DNA of 64,000 bases, taken from NCBI GenBank assembly GCA_017991635.1, contig JAGOQE010000002.1, positions 100,237-164,236 on the forward strand, in the 5' to 3' direction. The position numbers were made by a program, and so were the translations under genes. Shown here piece after piece: positions 17,479 to 26,670 of this stretch (positions are counted from its first letter, which is position 1; the number at the start of each line of letters is the position of its first letter). This DNA is from Minisyncoccota bacterium (lineage in GTDB: Bacteria > Patescibacteriota > Minisyncoccia > Phycocordibacterales > Phycocordibacteraceae). The notes below the pieces were generated by a model, which saw only the letters and a list, made by a program, of their open reading frames with translations, had not been told where the DNA came from and made no database searches.

Positions 17479-18469
17479 AATAAGAACTAAGCATTCGAGC
17501 AACTGACTCAGGTATGGGTAGTCCAGCAAGATCGTGTATCCAACCCCACTGTCCAGAAGGATTTACTTCTAGAAATACAAACTCACCAGATGGTGTCTCG
17601 ATCAAATCGATTGCGCCAAACCGTAAGTCGATTTTTTTCATGAACTTACGTAACGAGTCCTTTACCTGGTCAGGCAAGTCAACTTGCACGTGCTCAACGT
17701 TATCAAAGTCGTAATGCCTCCAGTCAGTTTTTGTTTTTTCGCTTGATTGGGAGTCAATTCGACACGCAAGCACTTCGTCTCCGATTACCATTACACGATG
17801 TTCGTACTTCTTTTCGATGTACGTCTGAGCAAATACCGGGCAAAGCCTGATTGCTTCAGTAGAGGCGCGGATTTCATCCGCACTAAATCTTTCCGAGTAA
17901 ATTGCAAGCGAGTCATCATCGTCGAGCCTAATGTAACCAATAGTTTTCACAAGTGCCCCACGATGCCTCCTGGCAAAAACAGTAACTCTATCAGGATCAT
18001 TACTGACGATAGTGTCCGGGGTCAGTAGTCCCGAGCTTGCTGCCACAACTTGCTGATAGAGTTTATTGCTCGAAACTCTATCCATGGCACCATGACTATT
18101 AATCCAGACACAATCTAGTGTCGAAAGGATTGCTTCAAGAGCATGTGCCGTCTCATTTCTTCTGAATCTTGAATCAAGAGAATCAGACTCCCCATCACTT
18201 GATGGGCGGTAGTTTTCTCTTACATACCAAGCAATTGCGATCTCATTGAGCTTGACTCCACTCTTCACAAATTCGTCGCCCAAAAGTTGGTACGTGTCGA
18301 TGTACCCAGCGAGCTTTTGTCCGGCCTGCTCGATACTGAGCAGCATCTCTACTGGGTATCGAGATGGATCACAGATGTGTATCGAGATATCCAGGTTGTG
18401 GCAAGCCTTGATAAACGGTTCGTAGTAATAGCGTTCCTCCAGGCCAGCAATAAGAAGCACATTCCTCAT
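17477..18469 (-). CDS. ATP-grasp ribosomal-peptide maturase (microviridin MdnC/MvdD-type graspetide ligase)
   Basis: 330 aa. N-terminal pre-ATP-grasp region 'MRNVLLIAGLEE...DPSRYP' (compare MdnC MTVLIVT...DTDRFP). 'DWR' motif. C-terminal 'GAIDLIETPSGEFVFLEVNPSGQWGWI...PI' closely matches the MdnC 'GAIDMIVTPDERYIFLEINPVGEFFWLE...PI' block, recalled from memory. Confidence 0.65.
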   Translation of the reverse strand: MRNVLLIAGLEERYYYEPFIKACHNLDISIHICDPSRYPVEMLLSIEQAGQKLAGYIDTYQLLGDEFVKSGVKLNEIAIAWYVRENYRPSSDGESDSLDSRFRRNETAHALEAILSTLDCVWINSHGAMDRVSSNKLYQQVVAASSGLLTPDTIVSNDPDRVTVFARRHRGALVKTIGYIRLDDDDSLAIYSERFSADEIRASTEAIRLCPVFAQTYIEKKYEHRVMVIGDEVLACRIDSQSSEKTKTDWRHYDFDNVEHVQVDLPDQVKDSLRKFMKKIDLRFGAIDLIETPSGEFVFLEVNPSGQWGWIHDLAGLPIPESVARMLSSY

Positions 18470-18579
18470 GACTTACTCCGAAAACAGTATGAACTCTGGG
18501 ATTTTTATACGTTACATGCACAGATTAGTCAAAGTAGTGCTACGGTATTGAATAAGGCAGCTCCAGCTTCGAATATTCA

Positions 18580-20223
18580 CTAAATAGGAAGTTCGATGGT
18601 GAAGGTTGAGCCCTTGCCCTCTCCTTCTGACTCAGCGAAGACGTGTCCGCCGTGGGCTTCGATGATGTTCTTAACGATGTAAAGACCAAAGCCAGTTGAG
18701 TCGACGTTAATCTTTTGTGAGTTTGTGCCGTGACCTCCTTCTGTGAAGAGCTTCGCCATGTCTTCCTTGGTGATACCTACACCAGTGTCCTTTACGGTGA
18801 AGCGTACTAGCTTGTCTGCTTTTGTTAGTGCGACTGCAACAGTTCCCTTCGGAGTGTACTTAATTGAGTTATCAATGAGGTTCTTGATTGCCTGTAGAAG
18901 CTGAATACGGTCGCCGTGAATCATCACAGGTTCAGCGCCAAGTGAGAGTTCAAGTGTGAGTCCTTTTGTTTCTGCGAGAGGCTTAAGGTCGCCAGCAATT
19001 TCTTCAGTTAGTGCCTTCACGTCAAATTCTGCTTTTGAGTACGTCACCTTTCCGCTCTTAATGTTCGCTGCACTCAAAATTTCCTGAATGGTGTTGGCGC
19101 CCTTAGTATCCGAACGGAATCCTTCCTCAATAAGTGGCCTCATTGAGTCTGGAAGCTGTCCGTAGTCACCGTCCAAGAGAAGCGAGAAGATGTTGCGTGA
19201 CTTGGCCACAAAGCCCTTAATCTGGTGGGTGATGAAGTGAATAAGAATGACCTGTTGCTTGTTTGAAAATTCAAGATTCTGAGCAAGCTTCTCAATCTCT
19301 TCTCTTTGTTTAATCTCTCTCTGTACTCCCTTAATGAGCCAGTAGCCGAGAATGAAAACCAGAACTAGAGTTCCGAAGAGAACATAACGCACGTTCTCAA
19401 TGGTCCTGACGAATAGAGCACTAAAGACGGCCGTAATAACAGCAACAATAAGCGCTTGCGCAGAAATTACTTTGACGTTGAATGCACGGTACGCGACGAT
19501 TAGATACGTAAGTGAGCCCAAGAAAAGAACCATTCCAATAGGTCCCAAGAGGTTGATGTCGTAGATTAATGTCGCGTCACCAATTGCATAGCTTGAAACG
19601 TAGATAAGCAAACAAAGTGCGGTCGCCAAAGAAAGGAGAAGTGATTTTCGTTTCTGACTAGCTGATACACAACTCCTACTGAACTTAACACCAAAGTAGA
19701 GTAGTGATGCACCCACAAGGGTATCAAGTCCATAAATATAGAACCAGAGAATGCCCTGCAAACTTTCGCAATTAGTCATGTCAAAAGCCGAAAGGTTGAG
19801 TGGAGACGGGGTCAGTAGTATCGGAGGCAAGGCTAGAGCAGCCCAAATCCACTTTGCACGGAGCGACAAATCCTTTTCTGCAATAAATGTGTATGTGAAG
19901 TACCCAAGAAGGTAGACAAACAGAATATGAAGAACGGAAAGATTGCCCCATATGAAGTGTATGAGGTGCACTGGCGCACTAATCCATAGGAGAATCTCAC
20001 TCGAGAGTGACACCGCAAAAAGTACTGTAGCCCAAAGTAGAATCTTGCTCGCAAGTGTTTTCTTTGACGCAAAGAAAATAAACAGCGCAAACAAGAGCGA
20101 AATAATAATAATAGGAACGTATGAGTAGTACATAAATGCCGGAGCAATTGAAGGGTCAAGTACACCGAAAAGCGTCGGAAGTGCATCAGAACAAGTCAGA
20201 GAAAAATCAAAGAGAGTATTCAT
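18580..20223 (-). CDS. Sensor histidine kinase with polytopic (about 7-8 TM) N-terminal sensor domain
   Basis: 547 aa. Multiple TM helices. Phospho-acceptor region 'ILIHFITHQIKGFV'. HATPase_c G-boxes 'IDNSIKYT...GFGLYIVKNIIEAHGGHV...GKGSTFTIELP'. Confidence 0.75.
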   Translation of the reverse strand: MNTLFDFSLTCSDALPTLFGVLDPSIAPAFMYYSYVPIIIISLLFALFIFFASKKTLASKILLWATVLFAVSLSSEILLWISAPVHLIHFIWGNLSVLHILFVYLLGYFTYTFIAEKDLSLRAKWIWAALALPPILLTPSPLNLSAFDMTNCESLQGILWFYIYGLDTLVGASLLYFGVKFSRSCVSASQKRKSLLLSLATALCLLIYVSSYAIGDATLIYDINLLGPIGMVLFLGSLTYLIVAYRAFNVKVISAQALIVAVITAVFSALFVRTIENVRYVLFGTLVLVFILGYWLIKGVQREIKQREEIEKLAQNLEFSNKQQVILIHFITHQIKGFVAKSRNIFSLLLDGDYGQLPDSMRPLIEEGFRSDTKGANTIQEILSAANIKSGKVTYSKAEFDVKALTEEIAGDLKPLAETKGLTLELSLGAEPVMIHGDRIQLLQAIKNLIDNSIKYTPKGTVAVALTKADKLVRFTVKDTGVGITKEDMAKLFTEGGHGTNSQKINVDSTGFGLYIVKNIIEAHGGHVFAESEGEGKGSTFTIELPI

Positions 20224-20225
20224 AA

Positions 20226-20429
20226 CTATTCAGAAATATCCTGTTCAGGTACCTCTTCGCTGAGGAGTTCGTCAGTGTCAGTTTCGTCGGAAGTAGTTTC
20301 TTCTAACTCTGTCTCAATTACAGGAACGTGTCCCGCATAAAGTGCCTCGTACGCGTTTGCCCCAATTGCGATAAGTGAGGCAACAATAAGGATCAGTGCT
20401 GGAGCCCATGTCTTAGAGAAAAAACTCAT
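20226..20429 (-). CDS. Small membrane-anchored protein with highly acidic Thr/Ser-rich C-terminal tail, first gene of the HK / ATP-grasp operon; alternative graspetide precursor candidate
   Basis: 67 aa: TM helix then 'ETELEETTSDETDTDELLSEEVPEQDISE'. Stop is 3 nt before the HK start codon. Confidence 0.35.
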   Translation of the reverse strand: MSFFSKTWAPALILIVASLIAIGANAYEALYAGHVPVIETELEETTSDETDTDELLSEEVPEQDISE

Positions 20430-20460
20430 GTAGGTAAATTATACGACACGTTGGCACCCT

Positions 20461-21330
20461 TTATGTATTACTGTGCCCAGGCGGAGCAACTTTTGAACTT
20501 TTGAGCACTTGTAGGGCGTGAGTGGGATAGCTAATCCAGTAGCCTGCACTTTCGACTGAGGTGGGGGTAAGTTGCGCGATAAGTGGCCTGCATCCAAACT
20601 TCTCTTCCACAAATTTGAAGGCGGGGCGCAGGACTTTACGGACAAACTTCCATTCTTCAGAATCTTCAACTGTATAGTCCTCAAATAGTATTCCGTGAAC
20701 AATAAAGAGAGCGAGAAACTTCTTGTAATGAGCAAGTAACTTTCCTCTGTTATGACGGTCAATCCAGTCTGAGTCATCCACAATAGAGACTTCTCGATTG
20801 GTAAGCTCTTTAAAAAGTCGTCTATGAAAATCACTTAACTTTTCTCCCCACTCTGTCTCAATAGTATGAAAAGGTTCACCGCTATGTCTATTAAAATCAA
20901 TAATTCGAACATTCTCAAACTGCTCCACAAAGGCACCGTCTACTTTTGACATTCCTGTAGAGACAGAAAGTTTTCCGAGGGCTTTTTTAAGTTGGTTTTT
21001 GGGGACAAACTTATCCTTGAGGTCCTGACCAATTACTGTCTTAAGCTCCAGTGGCTCAACAAGGTGGAGAAAGCGCAACGTTTCGAAATTTGGAGTTGCA
21101 ACATGCCGAGCGAGATACAGCACAGGCGGGCTAGAAAAGTGCTCGGGAATATCCCCTTTGAGGTATTCCTCGACCTTTTTTCTGAGTTCCGGGTCACTGT
21201 TTCTCCTCCTAATTTCCTCTACAGCTTCATGGAGTGGAGTGATTAAATCAGAAGCTCCTACACTGCGAGGAGTTCTCATTTTACGTAAACCAGTAAGGTG
21301 CCTTGATAGCGCACCTGCGATTCTTTTCAT
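20461..21330 (-). CDS. Hypothetical protein
   Basis: 289-aa ORF with a coding-like composition. No motif recognised. Confidence 0.35.
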   Translation of the reverse strand: MKRIAGALSRHLTGLRKMRTPRSVGASDLITPLHEAVEEIRRRNSDPELRKKVEEYLKGDIPEHFSSPPVLYLARHVATPNFETLRFLHLVEPLELKTVIGQDLKDKFVPKNQLKKALGKLSVSTGMSKVDGAFVEQFENVRIIDFNRHSGEPFHTIETEWGEKLSDFHRRLFKELTNREVSIVDDSDWIDRHNRGKLLAHYKKFLALFIVHGILFEDYTVEDSEEWKFVRKVLRPAFKFVEEKFGCRPLIAQLTPTSVESAGYWISYPTHALQVLKSSKVAPPGHSNT

Positions 21331-21410
21331 ACGTTCTGGTGTTTAAAGTATAGCACTAGGGACGAGAGCTGTGGGTATGTATAGAGAAAGGGGGACGACA
21401 CGCAAGCGCA

Positions 21411-22043
21411 TCATCCCCCAATAGTGTTCCCCACAAATTCCTGCACCAGGTGCCAGAACTCAATTACGAGAACTGCGAGCTTCTCCCACGCGTACGCGAG
21501 GGCAGAAAATGCATTTCCGTTCAGGAGCTGCTCCGGTTCAGGAAAGAGGACTTGGGCAAGTTCGATGCCACCGAAGACAAAGAACGCCCAAGAAATGTTC
21601 GAGAGAACCACGCTCGCCAGGAACGTCCGCCACTCCTCGCCTTTCATCTGATACGAATCTTTCGGTCGCATCAGAATCAAGGTTGTCATGGGGTCGTGCC
21701 ACAGGGTCAGGTAGATGAAGGCAAAGAATCGTGAGATTCCGCCGACAACACCGTTTGAGCCAATCCTGAAACGCTTGCGAGTTGCCTCGCCTACGTCCTT
21801 GATGGTCTCAAACCCAAGCGCATCACGCATTCCTCTGTTGCCCACCGTGTCATAGAGTCCGATAAGACCCCAGCAGATGAGAAACGAAAGGAACATCATC
21901 ACACTGGTCCCAAGGACGAGACCGAGGTGAAGAATTGCGTACGGGTAGAGCGCGTACTCGAAGAACTTGTCGAAGAGCCAAAGGCTCGTGTGAACCGTGA
22001 CCCAGAGAGGGCCACGGGTCTTGATCGTGTTGATCAGTCCCAA
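21411..22043 (-). CDS. Polytopic membrane protein, unknown function
   Basis: 210 aa, 5-6 TM helices. Confidence 0.4.
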   Translation of the reverse strand: MGLINTIKTRGPLWVTVHTSLWLFDKFFEYALYPYAILHLGLVLGTSVMMFLSFLICWGLIGLYDTVGNRGMRDALGFETIKDVGEATRKRFRIGSNGVVGGISRFFAFIYLTLWHDPMTTLILMRPKDSYQMKGEEWRTFLASVVLSNISWAFFVFGGIELAQVLFPEPEQLLNGNAFSALAYAWEKLAVLVIEFWHLVQEFVGNTIGG

Positions 22044-22173
22044 GGAAGCCTCCTGTTTGGGTCGGTAGCGGACAATCCGCGACCTCTGTATATATTATAG
22101 CATATCCTTCAAAAAATGCAATACCTAGCAATCGCATTCGGGTTAGTATGTATAGGTAACAAGGAGGAAGACT

Positions 22174-22299
22174 GTGTTTGCGTTGCTTTGGGTGCATAGA
22201 GTTCTTTCGTTAATTTCTGGGCATAGACTTCGTCAACGCTCTCAATTGAGCAGAAGCAAATATTCCGGACCATCTGAGCAAGACTGGAAAGGTAAATGA
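22174..22299 (+). CDS. Possible small ORF (41 aa, GTG start) with strong SD and own terminator
   Basis: AAGGAGG 6 nt upstream of GTG. Encodes VFALLWVHRVLSLISGHRLRQRSQLSRSKYSGPSEQDWKGK. A hairpin + T-run follows at 22304-22340. Confidence 0.2.
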   Translation: MFALLWVHRVLSLISGHRLRQRSQLSRSKYSGPSEQDWKGK

Positions 22300-22303
22300 A
22301 TAA

Positions 22304-22340
22304 CAGCGAGCAGGCAAAAGCCTGCTCGCTGTATATTTTT
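22304..22340 (+). terminator. Intrinsic terminator
   Basis: CAGCGAGCAGG-CAAAAG-CCTGCTCGCTG followed by TATATTTTT. Confidence 0.5.
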
Positions 22341-22388
22341 AGTTGATCTCGGTCCCCTGTTTGTCGCCTTACTGGTATCATTTTTACT

Positions 22389-22928
22389 ATGTACGAAATT
22401 GAGCACAGAGCACTGCTGACTGAGGAGAAGTATAAGGAGCTCGATGAAAAGCTTCGAGCGGATGCAGAGTGTCTTGGTGAGGACGATAAGGACGTGGCGT
22501 ACTTTATCTTTCCCGACAAGCTTCTTAAGGTAGTGAAAAATATATCTAAAGGGACAGCCAAGCTTTCATTGAAACTAAACACCCTTGGCTCGGGGTCATC
22601 GTTTCGAGAAATTGAAGTGGACTTTAAGGATAGTCAGTTTGAGTCTCTCAAGGAACTCTGTCATGCCGTTTCCACACCTGACCAGGTGATTGAAGGTACT
22701 CAAAAGAGGACAAACTTTATGTTTAAGGGTGTTGAAATTGCACTGAAGTGGAGCGAGGACTGGGGTTATCACGCTGAATTTGAAATCGTCATTGACTCTC
22801 TTGCTTCAAAGGACGATGCTGATACTACCATTACGAATGTCGCTAACTCCCTCGACATTACTCTCATGACGGACGAAGAAGTTAAGGAATTTTCAGACAA
22901 GGTGCGTGCTCAGAAGAAGAGTGCTTAG
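22389..22928 (+). CDS. CYTH-domain protein (triphosphate tunnel metalloenzyme; CyaB / thiamine-triphosphatase-like)
   Basis: 179 aa. N-terminal 'YEIEHRALLTEEKY' (ExExK signature of CYTH). Acidic residues alternate along β-strands. Confidence 0.5.
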   Translation: MYEIEHRALLTEEKYKELDEKLRADAECLGEDDKDVAYFIFPDKLLKVVKNISKGTAKLSLKLNTLGSGSSFREIEVDFKDSQFESLKELCHAVSTPDQVIEGTQKRTNFMFKGVEIALKWSEDWGYHAEFEIVIDSLASKDDADTTITNVANSLDITLMTDEEVKEFSDKVRAQKKSA

Positions 22929-22931
22929 TGC

Positions 22932-23423
22932 CTAATTTTGTTTTGCTTCGCCACTCTCCACGTAGGCGACGGTGTTTCCTTGGATAGCTTCGAGGACTGG
23001 GGTGAGGCAGCGTTTGAGGCTTGGTGAGAGTAGCGTTTCTGCTTCTTCAACAGATGCGAACTTATATGCTTCAATCTCGTCAGCTTGAAGTTGCATTGAG
23101 TCAATCTGTTGTTGTGTAAGCACGCCTCCATAAAAAATGAACCTGATGGCGTCATGCTTTAGTTGCGCCCCAGGAGAGTGAGTAACGCAAACAAGTCTCT
23201 GGTCTGAAACATCCAAACCGATTTCCTCTTTTGTCTCTCGTATGGCACACGCAAGCGGAGATTCGTCTTGATCAACTGAACCACCAGGGATAAGCCATGA
23301 CTGTCTATAGTCTGGCTTAAGTATGAGAACTTCGTTCTGGTCGTTCAGGAAAATAGTACCTGCACCCACCTGTTTCAGAGGAAGGGATAGATAGTATTCT
23401 TCGTCTGAAAGTTTCTTGGGCAT
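22932..23423 (-). CDS. NUDIX hydrolase
   Basis: Nudix box 'GGSVDQDESPLACAIRETKEEIGL' (Gx5Ex7REUxEExGU). Confidence 0.75.
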   Translation of the reverse strand: MPKKLSDEEYYLSLPLKQVGAGTIFLNDQNEVLILKPDYRQSWLIPGGSVDQDESPLACAIRETKEEIGLDVSDQRLVCVTHSPGAQLKHDAIRFIFYGGVLTQQQIDSMQLQADEIEAYKFASVEEAETLLSPSLKRCLTPVLEAIQGNTVAYVESGEAKQN

Positions 23424-23432
23424 ATGTGCGCG

Positions 23433-24896
23433 CTAGTCCTTGGGACGCATCAACGGGAAGAGCTGGGCCTCGCGGACGTCCATGTTCATAAGGAAGGAGA
23501 ACATGCGTTCAGAAACACCAAAGCCAAATGATGGTGGCATGCCGTATTCAAGTGCCTCCACGAATTCCATGTCGGCCATTTGTGCCTCATCGTCTCCTGC
23601 GTCGCGCATAGCCTGCTGGCGCATGAAGCGCTCACGCTGATCAAGTGGGTCATTGAGCTCGCTGAAGCCCTTACCAACCTCACTTCCTGCAATGAGGATT
23701 TGGAAACGCTCCACGGTCTCAGGGTTCTTTGCACTTCGCTTTGCAAGAGGCTCAAGGTATACCGGAACACCAACCAAGAAACCTGGTCCTGAAATGGTCT
23801 TTCGTACCCTCTTCCAAAGAAGGTCCACACCACGCTCAATATTGAGTGTGTCCTTATCAAAACTGATGTCTGCCTTCTTCAACGCCTCAATGATTTCTTC
23901 AACGTTAGTTTGAAGTGGGTTGAGGTGGTAGTGATGCTCAATCGTCTCGCAGAAGTCGTAGGTCTTCCACTCACCTGCCAAATCTACTTCGTGCTCACGA
24001 ATAGTGAACTTTGTGGTGCCAAAGGTTTTCTCTGCTACATAGCGGTAGAGGTCCTGGAGCATCAGCTTGCCCTGCTCAAAATCTGAATATGCCTGATAGA
24101 ACTCAAGCTGTGTGTAGTCCTGAAGGTGTTCGCGAGACATACCCTCATTTCTGAAGATACGTCCAATTTCAAAGGTTTTTGGGAGTCCTCCTACCATTAA
24201 CTTCTTCTGCCAGAGTTCTCCAGCAGAAATGCGAAGGAAGACATCGATATCAAGAGCGTTGTGGTGTGTGGTGAATGGACGCGCTTCTGCACCTCCTGTG
24301 GTGTTCTCAAGTACAGGCGTTTCTACTTCAATGAAGTCACGCTCAAGAAGGTACGAGCGAAATGCATTCCAGAAAATTGAACGCTTCTTGGCAACAGCCA
24401 CCGTGTCTTCGTTTAGAAGAAGGTCAAGGTAGCGACGACGGTAGCGCTCCTCTTCATCAGAAAGTCCAAACCACTCATCAGGGATAGGACGGATTGTCTT
24501 GGCGAGCATGCTCCACGAGACGGCGCTGATACTTTCTTGGCCGTGCTTAGTGTGAAAGGCAGTTCCCTTTACTTCAACAATGTCTCCGGTATCGACGGCA
24601 GTTTCAAAAATTTCAAAGGATTCTGCACCGATGGTGTCCTTCTTAAGATACGCCTGCATGCGGGCGGTACCATCCTCTAGGTCGATGAAGATAGAGCCTC
24701 CATGACTTCTAAGTCCTCGAATACGTCCTGCGATGGTGACTTCAGTCGCCTTCTCTTCAAGGTCGGCAAATACCTCGGCAACCTCCTTAATAGTGTGGGT
24801 GCGAGATGTTCTTGCAGGGTACGGGTCAATTCCCTTTTCCTTAAGGTATTCAAGCTTTTTAATACGCTCTGCCCGGATTTCATCAAGTGCTGACAT
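23433..24896 (-). CDS. lysS: Lysine--tRNA ligase (class II)
   Basis: 487 aa. N-terminal OB anticodon-binding domain. Class II motif 2 'IGRIFRNEGMSREH'. Motif 3 region 'GFGVSERMF'. Confidence 0.9.
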   Translation of the reverse strand: MSALDEIRAERIKKLEYLKEKGIDPYPARTSRTHTIKEVAEVFADLEEKATEVTIAGRIRGLRSHGGSIFIDLEDGTARMQAYLKKDTIGAESFEIFETAVDTGDIVEVKGTAFHTKHGQESISAVSWSMLAKTIRPIPDEWFGLSDEEERYRRRYLDLLLNEDTVAVAKKRSIFWNAFRSYLLERDFIEVETPVLENTTGGAEARPFTTHHNALDIDVFLRISAGELWQKKLMVGGLPKTFEIGRIFRNEGMSREHLQDYTQLEFYQAYSDFEQGKLMLQDLYRYVAEKTFGTTKFTIREHEVDLAGEWKTYDFCETIEHHYHLNPLQTNVEEIIEALKKADISFDKDTLNIERGVDLLWKRVRKTISGPGFLVGVPVYLEPLAKRSAKNPETVERFQILIAGSEVGKGFSELNDPLDQRERFMRQQAMRDAGDDEAQMADMEFVEALEYGMPPSFGFGVSERMFSFLMNMDVREAQLFPLMRPKD

Positions 24897-24932
24897 AGAA
24901 AGACATTACCACGCAATTGGGCTTCAAAACAG

Positions 24933-25481
24933 CTACCTATTTACAAAGAATATGGCCACCAGCGGGGCTATAAACCACCAGAAGAAGTACTCGGCTGGAG
25001 CAAAGAGTAGGTCGAGAGTCTTAGGGAAATTGTAGAGAGCGGAGAGGTCAAAGAGTCGGTACGAAAGAGCAAGAACGAGCGCTCCTGAAAGAAGACAGAC
25101 AATAAGAAGTGGCAGAGCTCGAAGTCCTCCTGTGCCGTGTGTGCCAATGCGACGAAGGACGAGGTACGAACCGAATGAGAGCACGCCATAGACAATGAGT
25201 CCCATAATAGCCTTTCCTGTTCCTGTGCCTCCAGCTCCAATTAAGGCGTCTGTGAATGGAAAGACCGTGTAGAGGGCGAAGCCTAGATAGATGGAGAGAA
25301 TGAGTGCGGTGAGTCGAGCACGTCCTGCCTTAATACCAAAAAGAAACAGCACAATAACGAGAATGATGAGGGCAAGGACATTGCCTACAAGTGCCCACAC
25401 AGTTCCAGCTAGTGAAGTGAGTGATTCCATATCTTCTCCTAGTGTAACGCAAGAAGACCGCGTGAACGGTCTTCTGTACAC
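24933..25481 (-). CDS. Membrane protein, unknown function
   Basis: 182 aa, 5 TM helices. Confidence 0.4.
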   Translation of the reverse strand: MYRRPFTRSSCVTLGEDMESLTSLAGTVWALVGNVLALIILVIVLFLFGIKAGRARLTALILSIYLGFALYTVFPFTDALIGAGGTGTGKAIMGLIVYGVLSFGSYLVLRRIGTHGTGGLRALPLLIVCLLSGALVLALSYRLFDLSALYNFPKTLDLLFAPAEYFFWWFIAPLVAIFFVNR

Positions 25482-25497
25482 ACATGTGTGCCTTGGA

Positions 25498-26565
25498 CTA
25501 CAGTCCTTCAGCTTTCAAGTCTTCAATGGCTTTCTTTGCTTTTCCTGAAAGTTTGCGTGGAAGTGTTGCCGTGACGTGCACGAGAAGGTCACCGGCCCCT
25601 CCCTCAAAGGAGACACCCTTACCGCGAAGACGTAGTGTTTCTTCTGGAGTAGACATTGGAGGTACTTTCACTTCAAGTTGTTTGTCATCAATGGTGGTGA
25701 CAGAGACCGTGGTACCAAGAAGGGCGTCAGTGAGTTTAATAGGAAGCTCCATGATGAGGTTTGCTCCCTGTTTCTTGAATGTTGGGTGAGGCTTTACGTG
25801 CACCTTGATGTAGAGGTCGCCTGACACGCCACCTTTGATAGCCTCTCCGCCCTGAGGCATGCGAATCATTTCTCCGCCATCAATACCGCGCGGGATTTCA
25901 AGTTTAATCTCCTCTTCCTTACGGAGGACTCCCTTACCGGTACACTTTGCACACTTTTCCTTAGGCACCTTTCCTGTTCCCTCACAGGTGGCACACGTGC
26001 GTACGCTGGTGAACGCTCCGAGTGGAGAGTTTCTCGTCTCGTGCATCTTGCCCTGACCGTTACAGGTCTTGCAGGTGTCCATAGAGGTTCCTGGTTTTGC
26101 GCCAGAGCCCTCACAGGTGTCACACTTCCCTACCTTCATGATAAGGACGCTTCGCTTCACACCGAGAACTGATTCTTTGAATGAAATCTCAACATCAATA
26201 GAAATGTCACGTCCACGCTTCACGCGCTGACGGCCTCCTCCGAACATGTCTCCAAATCCCTCAAAGAGGTCTGAGAGGTCAAACTCAGCATACTGTGAGC
26301 CTCCACCAAATCCTCCGAACTGACTGAAGTCAAAGCCCTGTGCACCCGCGCCTCCGGCTCCTGCAAAGGTCTGTCCGTAGTTGTCGTACTCACGACGCTT
26401 CTTATCATCGCCCAAGACTGAGTATGCTTCGGTGATTTCCTTGAACACAGCTTCGTCACCTCCCTTGTCTGGGTGGTGCTTCTGAGCAAGCTTTCTAAAC
26501 GCCTTTTTAATGTCGTCTGTGGTGGCCTTCTTCTCCACGCCGAGGATGTCGTAGTAATTTTTAGC
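25498..26565 (-). CDS. dnaJ: Molecular chaperone DnaJ
   Basis: J-domain 'NYYDILGV...HHPDKGG'. Gly/Phe-rich linker. Four CxxCxGxG zinc-finger repeats. Start is probably at MAKNYYDIL (the ORF extends to 26652). Confidence 0.9.
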   Translation of the reverse strand, partial: AKNYYDILGVEKKATTDDIKKAFRKLAQKHHPDKGGDEAVFKEITEAYSVLGDDKKRREYDNYGQTFAGAGGAGAQGFDFSQFGGFGGGSQYAEFDLSDLFEGFGDMFGGGRQRVKRGRDISIDVEISFKESVLGVKRSVLIMKVGKCDTCEGSGAKPGTSMDTCKTCNGQGKMHETRNSPLGAFTSVRTCATCEGTGKVPKEKCAKCTGKGVLRKEEEIKLEIPRGIDGGEMIRMPQGGEAIKGGVSGDLYIKVHVKPHPTFKKQGANLIMELPIKLTDALLGTTVSVTTIDDKQLEVKVPPMSTPEETLRLRGKGVSFEGGAGDLLVHVTATLPRKLSGKAKKAIEDLKAEGL

Positions 26566-26614
26566 CATAGTGAGAACACTATACACCGATATGTCTAGGG
26601 TATCAAAAATAGAA

Positions 26615-26647
26615 AAAGGGCGGTTTGGATTTCTCCAAACCGCCCTT
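26615..26647. repeat. Hairpin repeat copy 1 (GGGCGGTTTGGATTTCTCCAAACCGCCC), flanks a GC-rich inserted gene
   Basis: Near-identical (1 mismatch) to 27126..27157. Both are perfect stem-loops. Confidence 0.6.
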
Positions 26648-26670
26648 CTCACCTGCGTCGTCGCCTAGTT

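Noticed and set aside
20439-20834. 131-aa ORF overlapping the 289-aa hypothetical gene in another frame
   Set aside because: Fully contained in the longer ORF's span on the same strand. The longer frame was retained.
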